Source: an uncultured Eubacteriales bacterium (lineage in GTDB: Bacteria > Bacillota > Clostridia > Christensenellales > DTU072). Taken from it: 64,000 nt of DNA. The stretch spans positions 4,332-68,331 of the forward strand of contig CACXFJ010000081.1 in NCBI GenBank assembly GCA_902766965.1. Reading direction: 5' to 3'. Below the pieces are notes generated by a model. That model did no database searches, was not told the DNA's origin, and saw only the letters and a list, made by a program, of their open reading frames with translations. The position numbers were made by a program, and so were the translations under genes. Below are positions 28,420 through 39,047 of the stretch, one piece after another. Numbering within the stretch: the first letter of the stretch is position 1; each line of letters starts with the position of its first letter.

Positions 28420-29997
28420 ATGGTTCGTATGAAAAAACCGACGTTAGTTCTATGTTCGATTTTGTTGTTGGTCGCGGCGGTATTGTTTTTTACGATAGGA
28501 ACGGAGTCGCAGGCGGAAGCCGCGGAAATAAACGAAGCGGCGTACGAAATTTTGGTCGACGGAGAAACGGTTTCCGAAGTTGCGGTTAAACGCGGAGAGA
28601 CGATTACCGTTACCGTCGGATACGAAGGGAATACGTATATTCCCGCTGTAATTCTTGGTAGCGACGAATATCATATCGCTATCGACGGAAACAGATTTTC
28701 TCTTCTCTCGGACAGTGTCGTCGGCGGCGAACTGTATTTGTATTTGACGATAGACAAGGATAATCAACTCGTGGGAATTCCTACGCCGTTGACCGTTTAT
28801 CCGATTTTTGAAGACGATTTTAATTTAACGCAAACTATGACTCCCGACGGATACGAAATAAACGGTGAGTTCTCGTCGGCAAACGTAGTAGTGGATATGG
28901 CAGGCGAAGCGGTCGGTACTACGTTAAGCGACGATGACGATATAAGCGGAATTCTCGCTTCGTCGGGCAAGGATAGCTACGGCAACGTTACCGTCACCGT
29001 CCGTAGTCTTACTTTAAGCGGCAGAAACAATTTAGGCAACGAAATGCCGTTCACCGTAGAAAACGGCGTAGCAAACCTTTCGATAGATGCTTACGCGACG
29101 AATAGCGCGCTCGGCGGTTCGGGAACAAGCTTATTCCCGTATTTAATAAGTGACGCAAGCGATTTTGATTTAATCAAAAATTATGATAGCTCGTCTTCAA
29201 CCGTTTATTTTAAACAGGACGCCGATATTACGATAAACGGAAATTCCACGTTAAACTTAAAAACTTTCTACGGGAATTATAGGGGTGGGAACCATACTTT
29301 AATTCGTAGCGGGGAGATGACGAACGGAGCATTTTGTCATACGAATAGGGGAACGATTACAGAATTGAACATTTATTATGTCAATGGTTCGTCAATAGCA
29401 GGGTTTCTTTATGCAGGTGGCGTATGTTCCATAAATTACGGAACGATATCGTATATCACCATAGACCATTATAACGAAAACATAGCTATATTAAGTAGTG
29501 TTACAGCATCGGCTTTGGGTTTGGGTGGTATTGTCGGCTGCAATATGAGTTCAGGTTACGTTATGAATAGTAATGTTTATAGAATAAATTTTACTCGAAT
29601 AAATACTCAGATAGCAGACGGTGGAATTGTAGCAAATAATAGCGGATGGGTAGTAAATTGTAACGTATCAATGGTGCGATTTAGTTATTCTAAACTGTCA
29701 CAGCAAAGTATAGGCGGACTCGTCGGGACGAATAATGAAAGCGGAAATGTCGGGCACTTATTTTATAGCGATAACCTGTTGTGTATCTTTGAACTTGATT
29801 TTACAGCCGTTACCTCTGTAGAATCTGCAGACGACGGCATCCTAAAAATCGGAAAATTAGTAGGACATAACAATAAAGGGACTGTTGATAAAAAAAGATA
29901 CGAGAATACATCGGGTTTGTCTATATTGCCGAATAATCCAAGCTTTTTGATTTGGACGTATATTAAACAATACGACTATATCGGATATGACCAATAA
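28420..29997 (+). CDS. secreted protein with GLUG-type beta-helix repeats
   Basis: Signal/anchor peptide. The C-terminal half carries repeated G-G-[IL]-V-[GA]-x-N motifs (GGIVGCN, GGIVANN, GGLVGTN, GKLVGHN), as in GLUG-motif proteins. Confidence 0.7.
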   Translation: MVRMKKPTLVLCSILLLVAAVLFFTIGTESQAEAAEINEAAYEILVDGETVSEVAVKRGETITVTVGYEGNTYIPAVILGSDEYHIAIDGNRFSLLSDSVVGGELYLYLTIDKDNQLVGIPTPLTVYPIFEDDFNLTQTMTPDGYEINGEFSSANVVVDMAGEAVGTTLSDDDDISGILASSGKDSYGNVTVTVRSLTLSGRNNLGNEMPFTVENGVANLSIDAYATNSALGGSGTSLFPYLISDASDFDLIKNYDSSSSTVYFKQDADITINGNSTLNLKTFYGNYRGGNHTLIRSGEMTNGAFCHTNRGTITELNIYYVNGSSIAGFLYAGGVCSINYGTISYITIDHYNENIAILSSVTASALGLGGIVGCNMSSGYVMNSNVYRINFTRINTQIADGGIVANNSGWVVNCNVSMVRFSYSKLSQQSIGGLVGTNNESGNVGHLFYSDNLLCIFELDFTAVTSVESADDGILKIGKLVGHNNKGTVDKKRYENTSGLSILPNNPSFLIWTYIKQYDYIGYDQ

Positions 29998-30018
29998 ATT
30001 GATAAAGGAGATATGAAT

Positions 30019-30855
30019 ATGAATAAAATAAATAAACGGCGTTTATGCTTTTGTGTTGTTTTATGTTTAATGCTAACACTGCTTACGGTCGGCTGTACGA
30101 ACGGGAAGCAGTATTTCGAGCAAGGAACGGAAGTCGGATTTCAAAATCGTTACGGGGAATACACGATAGTCTGTGAGTTCGATGAAAATTCTCTCGGCGA
30201 AGAATATGCGAAAAAGTATAGAAATTTTTGTAAAGAAGAAGGAATAGCAGCCAAAGAAGAATTGAGGGATGCTACGGTATATAGAATGTTGCGGATGATT
30301 ATCGGAGGGCAAGCGTCGTCATATACGCTTAAAAGCGTAGCCGAAGTTCCGAGCAGCACGCAGGTCGTATACTTTAACGGACGGAAACGTTTGGGTAAAG
30401 GCGAAATATTAGTCCACAAATGGACGTATTATACGTTGCTTGCAAAAACGTACGGTTTTTATATCAACGACGATTTGGCGAAAAAGATATTGGATAGCGA
30501 CGACGTTTTGCCGAAATATATCGCTATGCTCGAATGTCACATTTTAATTACGGAATTGGGCATGTCCGTCGATTATTACGGCTATTCTTCCGTTTTGGAC
30601 GAGAAGATAGGCAAGAAAGAAATTCCTTTAATGTTGTATGAACACGAAAAAGAAACTACCGCCGATACCGTCTATAAAGAATACGTAGTCGCGGGATACT
30701 ATATCGACAAAGCCGATTACGACTATCTCGATACTACGTACGACAAAGAACAGTTCAGCTCGTTAGCGTCGTTCATGGATAGAGTTATAACCAAAAAAGA
30801 AAGGGAAATAAGGAAGAAATTGGATGAGATAGAAAACGCTTTTTACGTAAGATAG
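30019..30855 (+). CDS. hypothetical lipoprotein
   Basis: Lipobox LLTVGC. I preferred the start at 30019 because GGAG lies 8 nt upstream. The track start at 30013 is in frame but only 2 nt from the ribosome-binding site. Confidence 0.6.
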   Translation: MNKINKRRLCFCVVLCLMLTLLTVGCTNGKQYFEQGTEVGFQNRYGEYTIVCEFDENSLGEEYAKKYRNFCKEEGIAAKEELRDATVYRMLRMIIGGQASSYTLKSVAEVPSSTQVVYFNGRKRLGKGEILVHKWTYYTLLAKTYGFYINDDLAKKILDSDDVLPKYIAMLECHILITELGMSVDYYGYSSVLDEKIGKKEIPLMLYEHEKETTADTVYKEYVVAGYYIDKADYDYLDTTYDKEQFSSLASFMDRVITKKEREIRKKLDEIENAFYVR

Positions 30856-31056
30856 AAATACATAACGTAGTATATTTATTTAGTTAAAAACGGTAATCGT
30901 TCGTCTTTGGCGGGCGGTTATCGTTTTTTTGTGTTACAACGATAACAAAAAAGTAAAAAATTATTGCGGCAAATGTAAAAAAGGGGTTCCAAACTATTGC
31001 GAAAAAATGCGGAGCGTACTACAATATAGTTAATCATTAAGCGAGGTGAAAGCAAT

Positions 31057-31800
31057 ATGAAAGAATTTGTTAATACCGAAAAAGAGCTTCAGGACAAAAT
31101 CGACGTAGAAAAGTGGCTAAAAAGCGAAAAAGCGGGCAGAGACCTTTGCGGAGAGGAAGATTTTTGCTCCTATTGCGACAAAAAGGAAGAATATCCTTGC
31201 GGACACGCTTGTCTTGTTTGCGAAAACAATAAGAACAGGAAAGAAGCGGCGGCTACGGTAAAAAGCGACGACGATAAAGCCGAGACCGAAAAAAAGGTCG
31301 TAGAAGTAGAAGGATACGAAAAGGTGATACGCCTTACGAGAAGTTTTGCTTCCCGTCTTATTCAGGACGAGAATTTGCAAAAGAATTATTCCGCCGTTAA
31401 AAATACTTTTGAGAAATACAAAAAGGTCAAAGGCAGAGTATCGTTCTCCGCGGAAACGTACAGGGCAGGCAGAGAAAAACTTGCCGTAGTAGCGGTAAGG
31501 GGTAAGTCTCTTTATATATACCTTGCCTTAAATCCCGTAGAGCTCGAAGACAGCAAGTACCGTTTTACCGACGAGAGCGACAGAGCTTCTTACGTAAGCA
31601 CTCCCGTTAAGGTTAAGATTACCGGTTCCCGCTCGTTGAAACACGCGTGCGAACTTATAGATATTCTTGCCGAAAAGAAAGAACTTGTCCTTAACGAAAA
31701 GTACGAGCCTACCGAATACGTCACCGAATATCTTACCGATAAAGAGCTTATCGAAAAAGGTCTTATAAAAGAACGAACGGTTCTTGTGAAAAAGAAATAA
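31057..31800 (+). CDS. hypothetical protein with Cys-rich N-terminus
   Basis: 247 aa with six Cys in residues 31-55 (CGEEDFCSYC...CGHACLVC) and a basic C-terminal domain. A terminator follows at 31859-31882. Confidence 0.6.
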   Translation: MKEFVNTEKELQDKIDVEKWLKSEKAGRDLCGEEDFCSYCDKKEEYPCGHACLVCENNKNRKEAAATVKSDDDKAETEKKVVEVEGYEKVIRLTRSFASRLIQDENLQKNYSAVKNTFEKYKKVKGRVSFSAETYRAGREKLAVVAVRGKSLYIYLALNPVELEDSKYRFTDESDRASYVSTPVKVKITGSRSLKHACELIDILAEKKELVLNEKYEPTEYVTEYLTDKELIEKGLIKERTVLVKKK

Positions 31801-31858
31801 AACCGATAAGAAATATCGATATTTTTTATCGAATAACCTATCGAAAAAACCGAAAAAA

Positions 31859-31882
31859 ACGTCGCCGTCGGGCGGCGTTTTT
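31859..31882 (+). terminator. intrinsic terminator after ORF 31057-31800
   Basis: Stem ACGTCGCC/GGCGGCGT, loop GTCG, then TTTTT. Confidence 0.8.
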
Positions 31883-31936
31883 CCGCTATTTTACAGTAAA
31901 TTTTTGATATTCGGCGTGATAAACGGTGCAATAGCC

Positions 31937-31966
31937 TTGTTTTTTTCTTTATAGCTATGCTATAAT
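31937..31966 (+). promoter_or_regulatory. candidate promoter of the fumC-hdr-flx-frd operon (TTGTTT-18-TGcTATAAT)
   Basis: Hexamers at 31937-31942 and 31961-31966, with an extended -10 TG. Confidence 0.5.
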
Positions 31967-32057
31967 ATCATAGATACTGCGGGGGGAGTATCTCCCGCAA
32001 AAAACAACGAAACGAAAAAACCAAGAAATCACATAAAAATCAAGGAGGCTATTTTTT

Positions 32058-33434
32058 ATGGAATACCGTATCGAAAAAGACACCATGGGCGAGATGAAAG
32101 TTCCTGCCGACAAATATTGGGCGGCGCAAACCGAAAGAAGCCACGAAAACTTCCAAATAGGCGGAGAAGTTATGCCGAGAGAAATAACTTACGCTTTCGG
32201 AATTTTGAAAAAAGCGGCTGCTATCGCCAACTTTAATCTCGGCAAACTCCCGAAGGAAAAACTCGATATAATAAGCGAAGTTTGCGACGAAGTAATCGCC
32301 GGCAAACTTTACGAACACTTCCCCCTCGTCGTATGGCAGACCGGTAGCGGAACGCAGTCCAACATGAACGCCAACGAAGTCATCGCAAACCGCGGTAACG
32401 AAATCGCCGGCAAAAAACTTCTTCACCCCAACGACGATATTAACAAGAGTCAGTCCAGTAACGATACTTTCCCGACCGCTATGCACATAGCCGCGGTACT
32501 CACCATAGAAGATAAACTTCTTCCCGCTATCGATAAACTCATCGCTACTTTCAAGCGTCTCGAAAAAGAGAACGAGGGTATCGTCAAGTGCGGCAGAACT
32601 CACCTTCAGGACGCAGTGCCTATCGGATTTTCTCAGGAAATCAGCGGTTGGCGTAACATGCTCGAAAAATCGAGAAGTCAGATAGTCCTTTCTCTCGACG
32701 GATTGAGAGAACTCGCCCTCGGCGGCACCGCCGTAGGTACCGGACTTAACGCTCCTATCGGTTTTGCCGAAGACGTAGCAAAACAGGTATCCGAAATCAC
32801 CGGCAAACACTTCGTGACCGCCGAAAACAAATACCACGCTCTTACCTCAAAAGACGAATTGGTATTCGCTCACGGCGCATTGAAAGGACTCGCCGCCAAC
32901 CTTATGAAGATAGCCAACGACGTAAGATGGCTCGCTTCCGGTCCCCGCGACGGTCTCGGCGAAATCTTTATCCCCGAAAACGAACCCGGCAGCTCAATTA
33001 TGCCCGGTAAAGTCAACCCCACTCAGTGCGAATCCATGACCATGGTTGCGGTTCAGGTAATCTCCAACGACGTAGCGGTAGGCTTCGGCGCTTCGCAGGG
33101 TAACTTCGAACTCAACGTGTTCATGCCCGTTATTATCTACAACTTCCTCCAGTCCGTTCGTTTGCTCGCGGACGGTATGGTTTCTTTCGAAAAGAATTGC
33201 GTGACCGGAATCAGAGCCAACAAAGAAAAGATGGACTACAATTTGCAACATTCTCTTATGCTCGTGACCGCGCTTAATCCCTATATCGGATACGAGAACG
33301 CAGCGAAGACCGCAAAGAAAGCATACAAAGACAATATTACTTTGAAGCAGGCTTGCGTCGAATTAGGCTTCCTTACCGCCGAAAAATTCGACGAAGTATT
33401 CCATCCGGAAGAAATGATTTATCAGAAAAAGTAA
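32058..33434 (+). CDS. fumC: class II fumarate hydratase
   Basis: 458 aa with the [15 protein letters not shown] signature. Confidence 0.95.
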   Translation: MEYRIEKDTMGEMKVPADKYWAAQTERSHENFQIGGEVMPREITYAFGILKKAAAIANFNLGKLPKEKLDIISEVCDEVIAGKLYEHFPLVVWQTGSGTQSNMNANEVIANRGNEIAGKKLLHPNDDINKSQSSNDTFPTAMHIAAVLTIEDKLLPAIDKLIATFKRLEKENEGIVKCGRTHLQDAVPIGFSQEISGWRNMLEKSRSQIVLSLDGLRELALGGTAVGTGLNAPIGFAEDVAKQVSEITGKHFVTAENKYHALTSKDELVFAHGALKGLAANLMKIANDVRWLASGPRDGLGEIFIPENEPGSSIMPGKVNPTQCESMTMVAVQVISNDVAVGFGASQGNFELNVFMPVIIYNFLQSVRLLADGMVSFEKNCVTGIRANKEKMDYNLQHSLMLVTALNPYIGYENAAKTAKKAYKDNITLKQACVELGFLTAEKFDEVFHPEEMIYQKK

Positions 33435-33450
33435 TCGGAGGAAAAGGTAA

Positions 33451-34230
33451 ATGAAATTCAGTTACTATCCCGGCTGTACGTTAAAGACGCAAGCGAAAGA
33501 CCTTGACAGATACGCGAGGCTTTCCGCCGCCGCGCTCGGGGTGGATATGGAAGAAATAAAAGAGTGGCAGTGCTGCGGAGCGGTTTATCCTCTCGCCAAA
33601 GACGAGATAGGGGTAAAACTGTCCGCCGTACGCGCCCTCGATTACGCAAAGCACGAAGACGGGCTTTTGCTTACTCTCTGTTCCGCCTGCCATAACGTAA
33701 TTAAAAGGGTAAACGACGATATGCGTAACGACGCCGATATAAATTTGAGAGCAAACAATTATCTTGCGCTCGACGAAAAGTATAACGGCGAAACGAAAGT
33801 CGTGCATTATCTCGAAATGTTGAGAGACTACGTCGGTTTCGACAATATAAAGAAAGCGGTAAAAAATCCGATTAAAAAGAAAATCGGCGCGTACTACGGC
33901 TGCCTTCTTCTTCGTCCCGGCAAGGTAATGGCTTTCGACAATCCCGAAAATCCCACTATTATAGAAGATTTTATTACGGCTATCGGCGGCACGCCCGTAA
34001 AATATCCGTTCAGAAACGAATGTTGCGGCGCGTACGTCAAGTTGGTTAATCCCGACCTCACCGAAAGAAAGAGTAAAAAAGTGTTGGAAAACGCAAAGGA
34101 AAACGGCGCGGAAATCGTAATCACCGCTTGTCCTCTTTGTTACTACAACTTAAAACAAACCCCGTGCGAAGATATGGAAGTGGTTTATTTTACCGAACTT
34201 TTGGCGGAAGCTTTGGGCGTGAAGGACTAA
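33451..34230 (+). CDS. hdrB: heterodisulfide-reductase subunit B-like protein (two CCG domains)
   Basis: Two CX31-39CCX34-36CXXC patterns: YYPGC...QCCGA...CSAC and YYGC...ECCGA...CPLC. Confidence 0.9.
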   Translation: MKFSYYPGCTLKTQAKDLDRYARLSAAALGVDMEEIKEWQCCGAVYPLAKDEIGVKLSAVRALDYAKHEDGLLLTLCSACHNVIKRVNDDMRNDADINLRANNYLALDEKYNGETKVVHYLEMLRDYVGFDNIKKAVKNPIKKKIGAYYGCLLLRPGKVMAFDNPENPTIIEDFITAIGGTPVKYPFRNECCGAYVKLVNPDLTERKSKKVLENAKENGAEIVITACPLCYYNLKQTPCEDMEVVYFTELLAEALGVKD

Positions 34231-34240
34231 GGAGGCACTA

Positions 34241-34627
34241 ATGTCAGATATTTTTACGGTAGAAAACATTAAGAGAATCTCCGGCACGGACGTAAGAAAG
34301 TGCATGAAGTGCGGCAAGTGTTCGGGCAGATGCCCCGCTTTCGACGATATGGATATAAAACCGCACCAGTTCGTCACGATGCTCGGTCAGGGAAGAGTGG
34401 AAGAACTCCTTTCTTCCAAAGCCATATTCAATTGTCTGAGCTGTATGGCTTGCGTGGAGCGTTGCCCCAGAGGCGTAGCCCCCGCAAACGTAATCGAAGC
34501 GGTACGCGACACCGTCGAAAGAATGCAGGGCGGCGACGCTATAAAGGCGGAAGATATACCCGCTATCGTGGACGAGCTTATCCCGCAGCAGCTTTTGATG
34601 TCGGCGTTCAGAAAATACAAGAAATAG
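34241..34627 (+). CDS. hdrC: heterodisulfide-reductase subunit C-like 2x[4Fe-4S] protein
   Basis: CMKCGKCSGRCP and CLSCMACVERCP motifs, 128 aa. Confidence 0.88.
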   Translation: MSDIFTVENIKRISGTDVRKCMKCGKCSGRCPAFDDMDIKPHQFVTMLGQGRVEELLSSKAIFNCLSCMACVERCPRGVAPANVIEAVRDTVERMQGGDAIKAEDIPAIVDELIPQQLLMSAFRKYKK

Positions 34628-34643
34628 AGGATAAAGATAGATT

Positions 34644-36635
34644 ATGCAGAGAATAGGCGTATTTATATGTCATTGCGGCAGCAACATAGCCGCCACGGTA
34701 GACGTGGAGAGAGTGACGGAAGCTCTCGCCAAAGAACCGGGCGTAGTGTATGCCGTCAATTATCAGTATATGTGCTCGGAGAACGGACAACAGCTCATAA
34801 AGAACGCTATTGCCGAACATAGACTTACCGGAATAGTGGTATGTTCCTGTTCGCCGAGAATGCACGAAGCTACTTTCCGCAAAACCGCAGAAGCCGCCGG
34901 GCTTAACGCTTATATGGTGGAAATCGCCAATATAAGAGAACAATGCAGTTGGATACATAAGGATATAGAAGAAGCTACCGAAAAGGCAATAGTTCTTGCC
35001 CGTACGGCGGTAGCGAAAATTCTTTTGGACAAGCCGCTTACCGCGGGAGAAACGGGAGTTACTAAGAGAGCTTTGGTAATAGGCGGCGGAATAGCCGGTA
35101 TTCAGGCGGCTCTCGATATAGCGGACGCGGGATACGAAGTGGACATCGTGGAAAAGAGACCGACGATAGGCGGCCGTATGGCGCAGCTCGACAAGACCTT
35201 CCCGACGCTCGACTGTTCCGCTTGTATTCTTACCCCGAAAATGGTCGATTGCGCGCAGAGCGACAAAATCAACATTTTCTCGTACAGCGAAGTGGAAGAA
35301 GTCAAAGGCTTCGTGGGTAACTTCGACGTCAAGATAAGAAAGAAAGCTCGTCACGTAGACGAAACGAAATGTACCGGTTGCGGCGTGTGTATGGCAAGCT
35401 GCCCGTCCAAGAAAGGACTTAACGAGTTCAATATGAACCTTAATAATCGCCCCGCCATTTACATTCCGTTCGCGCAGGCTATCCCGAACGTGGCTATTAT
35501 AGACCCCGAACAGTGTCTCAAACTTAAATCGGACAAGTGCGGACTTTGCCAAAGAAAATGCGGCGTGGGAGCAATAGACTACAAACAGGAAGACAGTTTC
35601 GTGGAAAGAAAGTACGGTGCTATCGTGGTAGCTACCGGTTTCCGTCCCATAAAATTAGACAACTTTAACGAATTCGGTTACGCCGATAACAAGGACGTCG
35701 TCACGAGTCTGGAACTCGAAAGACTTATGAACGCGGCGGGACCGACGAAGGGAACTTTACTCCGTCCGAGTGACGGCAAGCACCCGAAGGTAATCACTTT
35801 CATTCAGTGCGTAGGTTCCCGCGACGTATCGGGCTGCGGCAAGCCGTATTGCAGTAAGATTTGCTGTATGTACACCGCTAAGCACGCAATGCTTATTAGA
35901 GAAAAATATCCCGATACCGAAGTTCACGTGTTCTATATAGATATCCGTACCCCCGGGAAAAACTACGACGAATTCTATCGCAGAGCGGTGGAACAGTACG
36001 GAGTGGACTATATTAAAGGTATGGTCGGTAAAGTTTATAACGAGAACGGAAAACTTATGGTTCAGGGAAGCGACCTTCTCGACAACAAGCAGATAGTAAT
36101 TCCTTCCGACTTGGTTGTACTCGCCACGGCGATAGAACCCGATCCGTCGGTAAGAGACATAGCGACAAAACTTACCATATCCATAGATACCAACGACTTC
36201 CTCACCGAAGCGCACGCAAAACTTCGTCCGGTAGAAAGCCCGACGGCGGGCGTGTTCCTTGCCGGCGTATGCCAAGGACCCAAGGACGTACCGGAGACGG
36301 TTTCTCAAGCGTCGGCTTGCGCCTCCAAGGTAATAGGACTTCTCGCCAAAGACAAACTTAAAGGCAATCCCTGCGTATCTCACGTCGACGAAAATATGTG
36401 TACCGGTTGCAGCCAGTGCGAACAGGTATGCCCCTACGGAGCGATTACTTATATCGATAAGGAATTCCGTATCGGCGGCGGCAAGACCGAAACGAGAAGA
36501 GTGGCGAGCGTCAATCCCGCTGTATGTCAGGGTTGCGGCGCGTGTACCGTCACTTGCCCGTCGGGAGCTATGGACTTATACGGATTCAGTTCCGCGCAGA
36601 TACTTAAGGAGGTAGAAGCGATATGCAAGAGATAA
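34644..36635 (+). CDS. hdrA: heterodisulfide-reductase subunit A-like FAD/FeS flavoprotein
   Basis: GGGIAG FAD motif and the HdrA-specific CVGSRD...CSKICCMY cluster motif. It also has inserted and C-terminal ferredoxin motifs (CTGCGVCMASCP, CTGCSQCEQVCP, CQGCGACTVTCP). Confidence 0.92.
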   Translation: MQRIGVFICHCGSNIAATVDVERVTEALAKEPGVVYAVNYQYMCSENGQQLIKNAIAEHRLTGIVVCSCSPRMHEATFRKTAEAAGLNAYMVEIANIREQCSWIHKDIEEATEKAIVLARTAVAKILLDKPLTAGETGVTKRALVIGGGIAGIQAALDIADAGYEVDIVEKRPTIGGRMAQLDKTFPTLDCSACILTPKMVDCAQSDKINIFSYSEVEEVKGFVGNFDVKIRKKARHVDETKCTGCGVCMASCPSKKGLNEFNMNLNNRPAIYIPFAQAIPNVAIIDPEQCLKLKSDKCGLCQRKCGVGAIDYKQEDSFVERKYGAIVVATGFRPIKLDNFNEFGYADNKDVVTSLELERLMNAAGPTKGTLLRPSDGKHPKVITFIQCVGSRDVSGCGKPYCSKICCMYTAKHAMLIREKYPDTEVHVFYIDIRTPGKNYDEFYRRAVEQYGVDYIKGMVGKVYNENGKLMVQGSDLLDNKQIVIPSDLVVLATAIEPDPSVRDIATKLTISIDTNDFLTEAHAKLRPVESPTAGVFLAGVCQGPKDVPETVSQASACASKVIGLLAKDKLKGNPCVSHVDENMCTGCSQCEQVCPYGAITYIDKEFRIGGGKTETRRVASVNPAVCQGCGACTVTCPSGAMDLYGFSSAQILKEVEAICKR

Positions 36636-37063
36636 CCACTACGCATAAACCTTTAATAGTTGCGTTTTGTTGCAACTGGTGTAGCTACGCCGGCGCGGAT
36701 TTGGCGGGGTCTTCGAGACTTTCCTATCCTGCGGAAGTTAAGATAATAAGAGTTCCTTGTTCGTGCAGAGTAAACCCCATTTTCGTGTTGAAAGCCTTTC
36801 AAAGGGGAGCGGACGGCGTAATACTTTGCGGTTGCCACCCCGGCGACTGCCATTACTCGACCGGCAACTATCATACGAGAAGAAGAATGGCTCTTATGTT
36901 CTCGATGCTCAATTATTTCGGAATAGAGAAAGAAAGGACGAGAATAGAATGGGTATCCGCAGCCGAAGGCGCAAAGTTTTCGCAGGTTATGAACGACTTT
37001 GCAAAAACCATTAACGAACTCGGCGAAAACCGCAGATTGGAGGATTTGAGATGCAAAAAATAG
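36623..37063 (+). CDS. mvhD: MvhD/FlxD-like hydrogenase iron-sulfur (delta) subunit
   Basis: CCNWCSY...PCSC...CGCHPGDCHY pattern. The start overlaps the hdrA stop by 13 nt. Confidence 0.9.
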   Translation: MQEITTTHKPLIVAFCCNWCSYAGADLAGSSRLSYPAEVKIIRVPCSCRVNPIFVLKAFQRGADGVILCGCHPGDCHYSTGNYHTRRRMALMFSMLNYFGIEKERTRIEWVSAAEGAKFSQVMNDFAKTINELGENRRLEDLRCKK

Positions 37064-38025
37064 AAGAACTTATGTATAAAAGAGCCTCCGAGATGCTCGA
37101 AAGCGGAGAAGTTGACAGAGTAATAGCCTGGAAGAAGGGCGAAACCTGTTACGACGTTTCTCCCGCTACTTTTACGAAAGACAATCTCGAAGGGTTTGTT
37201 TACGACGCTTTCTGCGGAGCTAATTTATCGAAATATCTCGTAGAAGAAAGCAAAAAAGGCGGAAAGATACTCGTGTTTTTGAAACCGTGCGACACTTACA
37301 GCTTTAATCAGCTTTTGTCCGAACACAGAATAAAACGCGAAAACGTTTACGTCATCGGCATCGAGTGTCAGGGAAAAATCGACGCCAACAAACTGCAAAA
37401 GAAAGGAATAGACGGAATTTTATCCGTGGAAGAAAAGGGCGACAAACTTACCGTAAAGACTCTTTACGGCGACAAAGAAATAGCTTTCGAAGAGGCTTTG
37501 TCCGTCAAGTGCGAAACCTGCAAGAGTAAAGAGTTTGCCGTAAGCGACGAAACCATCGTCCTCAACGAAATGCGCGACAATAGAGAAAAGCGTTTCGAAG
37601 CGGTGGAAAGACTGGAAAAGATGACGGAAGAAGAACGCTACGCTTTCTGGCAAGCGGAACTTTCCAAATGTATCCGCTGTAACGCCTGCCGTAACGTATG
37701 TCCCGCCTGCACCTGCACGCATTGCGTGTTCGACAACGACAAGTCGGGGATAGCCGGCAAAGCCAACGCGGACAGCTTCGAAGAAAAACTCTTCCACATT
37801 ATCCGCTCCTATCACGTCGCGGGCAGATGCACCGACTGCGGAGAATGTTCGAGAGTGTGTCCGCAAAACATACCTTTGCACCTTATTAACAGAAAGTACA
37901 TAAAGGATATGAACGAGTTTTACGGCGAATATCAGGCGGGAGCTGCCGTGACCGCCCTTAACCCCATCGTCGACTTTACCAAAGAAGACGTGGAAGCCGC
38001 TACCGTGGTGGGAGGTAAAAAATGA
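37051..38025 (+). CDS. 4Fe-4S polyferredoxin-like protein (FlxC-like)
   Basis: CIRCNACRNVCPAC and CTDCGECSRVCPQ motifs. The start overlaps the mvhD stop by 13 nt. Confidence 0.75.
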   Translation: MQKIEELMYKRASEMLESGEVDRVIAWKKGETCYDVSPATFTKDNLEGFVYDAFCGANLSKYLVEESKKGGKILVFLKPCDTYSFNQLLSEHRIKRENVYVIGIECQGKIDANKLQKKGIDGILSVEEKGDKLTVKTLYGDKEIAFEEALSVKCETCKSKEFAVSDETIVLNEMRDNREKRFEAVERLEKMTEEERYAFWQAELSKCIRCNACRNVCPACTCTHCVFDNDKSGIAGKANADSFEEKLFHIIRSYHVAGRCTDCGECSRVCPQNIPLHLINRKYIKDMNEFYGEYQAGAAVTALNPIVDFTKEDVEAATVVGGKK

Positions 38026-39047
38026 TTAAAATAAAAGTTTCTTTATTAGACGACCTTTATAAAAAGATTGCCGAAACGTATCCTCTCTATCTTCCCGTCG
38101 AAGTAGCGGGCGAAGTAAACTACGGCAAGTATAATTCGGACAGCAAGGTAAGACTCGACGTATTGAAGACCGTTAAGTCCCCTAAGGACGCTTTTTTCCC
38201 GCAGAGCGAAAACCTTGTCAAGTTCAAAGTGGACGGACAGAAAATCGAAGTAATCGACGTAAGAGAGGAAGCGAAACCGTTTGTGGTTATGGGCGTGAGA
38301 GCCTGCGACTATAAAGCGTTCGACGTACTCGACAGAGTGTTTTTGGTAGACCCGCTCGACACTTACTATCAGACGAAGAGAGAAGCCGGTATAGTCATTA
38401 CCGCGGCTTGCGGACGCCCCGACGAAACCTGTTTCTGCACGGTGTTCGGGATAGACCCGACCGACCCTAAGGGCGACGTGACCACCTGGCTTGTCGACGG
38501 ATACCTTTACTGGAGAGCTAATACAGCTAAGGGCGAAGAACTTACGAAAGCCGTTTCTTCCTTAGCCGAAGAGACCGACGGAAAGGCTGTGGACAAGCAA
38601 AAAGAAGAAGTCAAGAAAATACTTAAAAAACTTCCCAACGCCGATATAAAGCCCGAAGTTTTCGACGAAAACATGCTCGACCTCTTCCACGACAAGAAGT
38701 GGCAAAAACTCTCGGAGGCTTGTTTGGGGTGCGGAACTTGTACTTTCGTATGCCCGACCTGCCAATGTTTTGACATTAAAGAGTTTATAACGAACGACGG
38801 CGTAAACCGTTTCCGCTGCTGGGACAGCTGTATGTACAAGGACTTCACGAAGACCGCGGGCGGACAGCCGAGACCTACCCAAATGCAACGTTTCCGTCAG
38901 AGATTTATGCACAAGCTCGTGTACTATCCGAAAAACAACGGCGGATTGTACAGCTGCGTAGGTTGCGGCAGATGCGTGAAAAAATGTCCGCAACATCTCA
39001 ACATAGTCAAAGTAATCAAAGCCTTCGGAGGTGACGACAATGAATAA
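38022..39047 (+). CDS. 4Fe-4S protein of the HydB/AsrA/FlxB type
   Basis: CLGCGTCTFVCPTCQC and CVGCGRCVKKCPQ motifs. ATGA overlap with the upstream gene. Confidence 0.78.
   Translation: MIKIKVSLLDDLYKKIAETYPLYLPVEVAGEVNYGKYNSDSKVRLDVLKTVKSPKDAFFPQSENLVKFKVDGQKIEVIDVREEAKPFVVMGVRACDYKAFDVLDRVFLVDPLDTYYQTKREAGIVITAACGRPDETCFCTVFGIDPTDPKGDVTTWLVDGYLYWRANTAKGEELTKAVSSLAEETDGKAVDKQKEEVKKILKKLPNADIKPEVFDENMLDLFHDKKWQKLSEACLGCGTCTFVCPTCQCFDIKEFITNDGVNRFRCWDSCMYKDFTKTAGGQPRPTQMQRFRQRFMHKLVYYPKNNGGLYSCVGCGRCVKKCPQHLNIVKVIKAFGGDDNE

Noticed and set aside
32049-35552. 262-aa (antisense to fumC) and 314-aa (antisense to hdrA) ORFs
   Set aside because: They are antisense shadows with no motifs.
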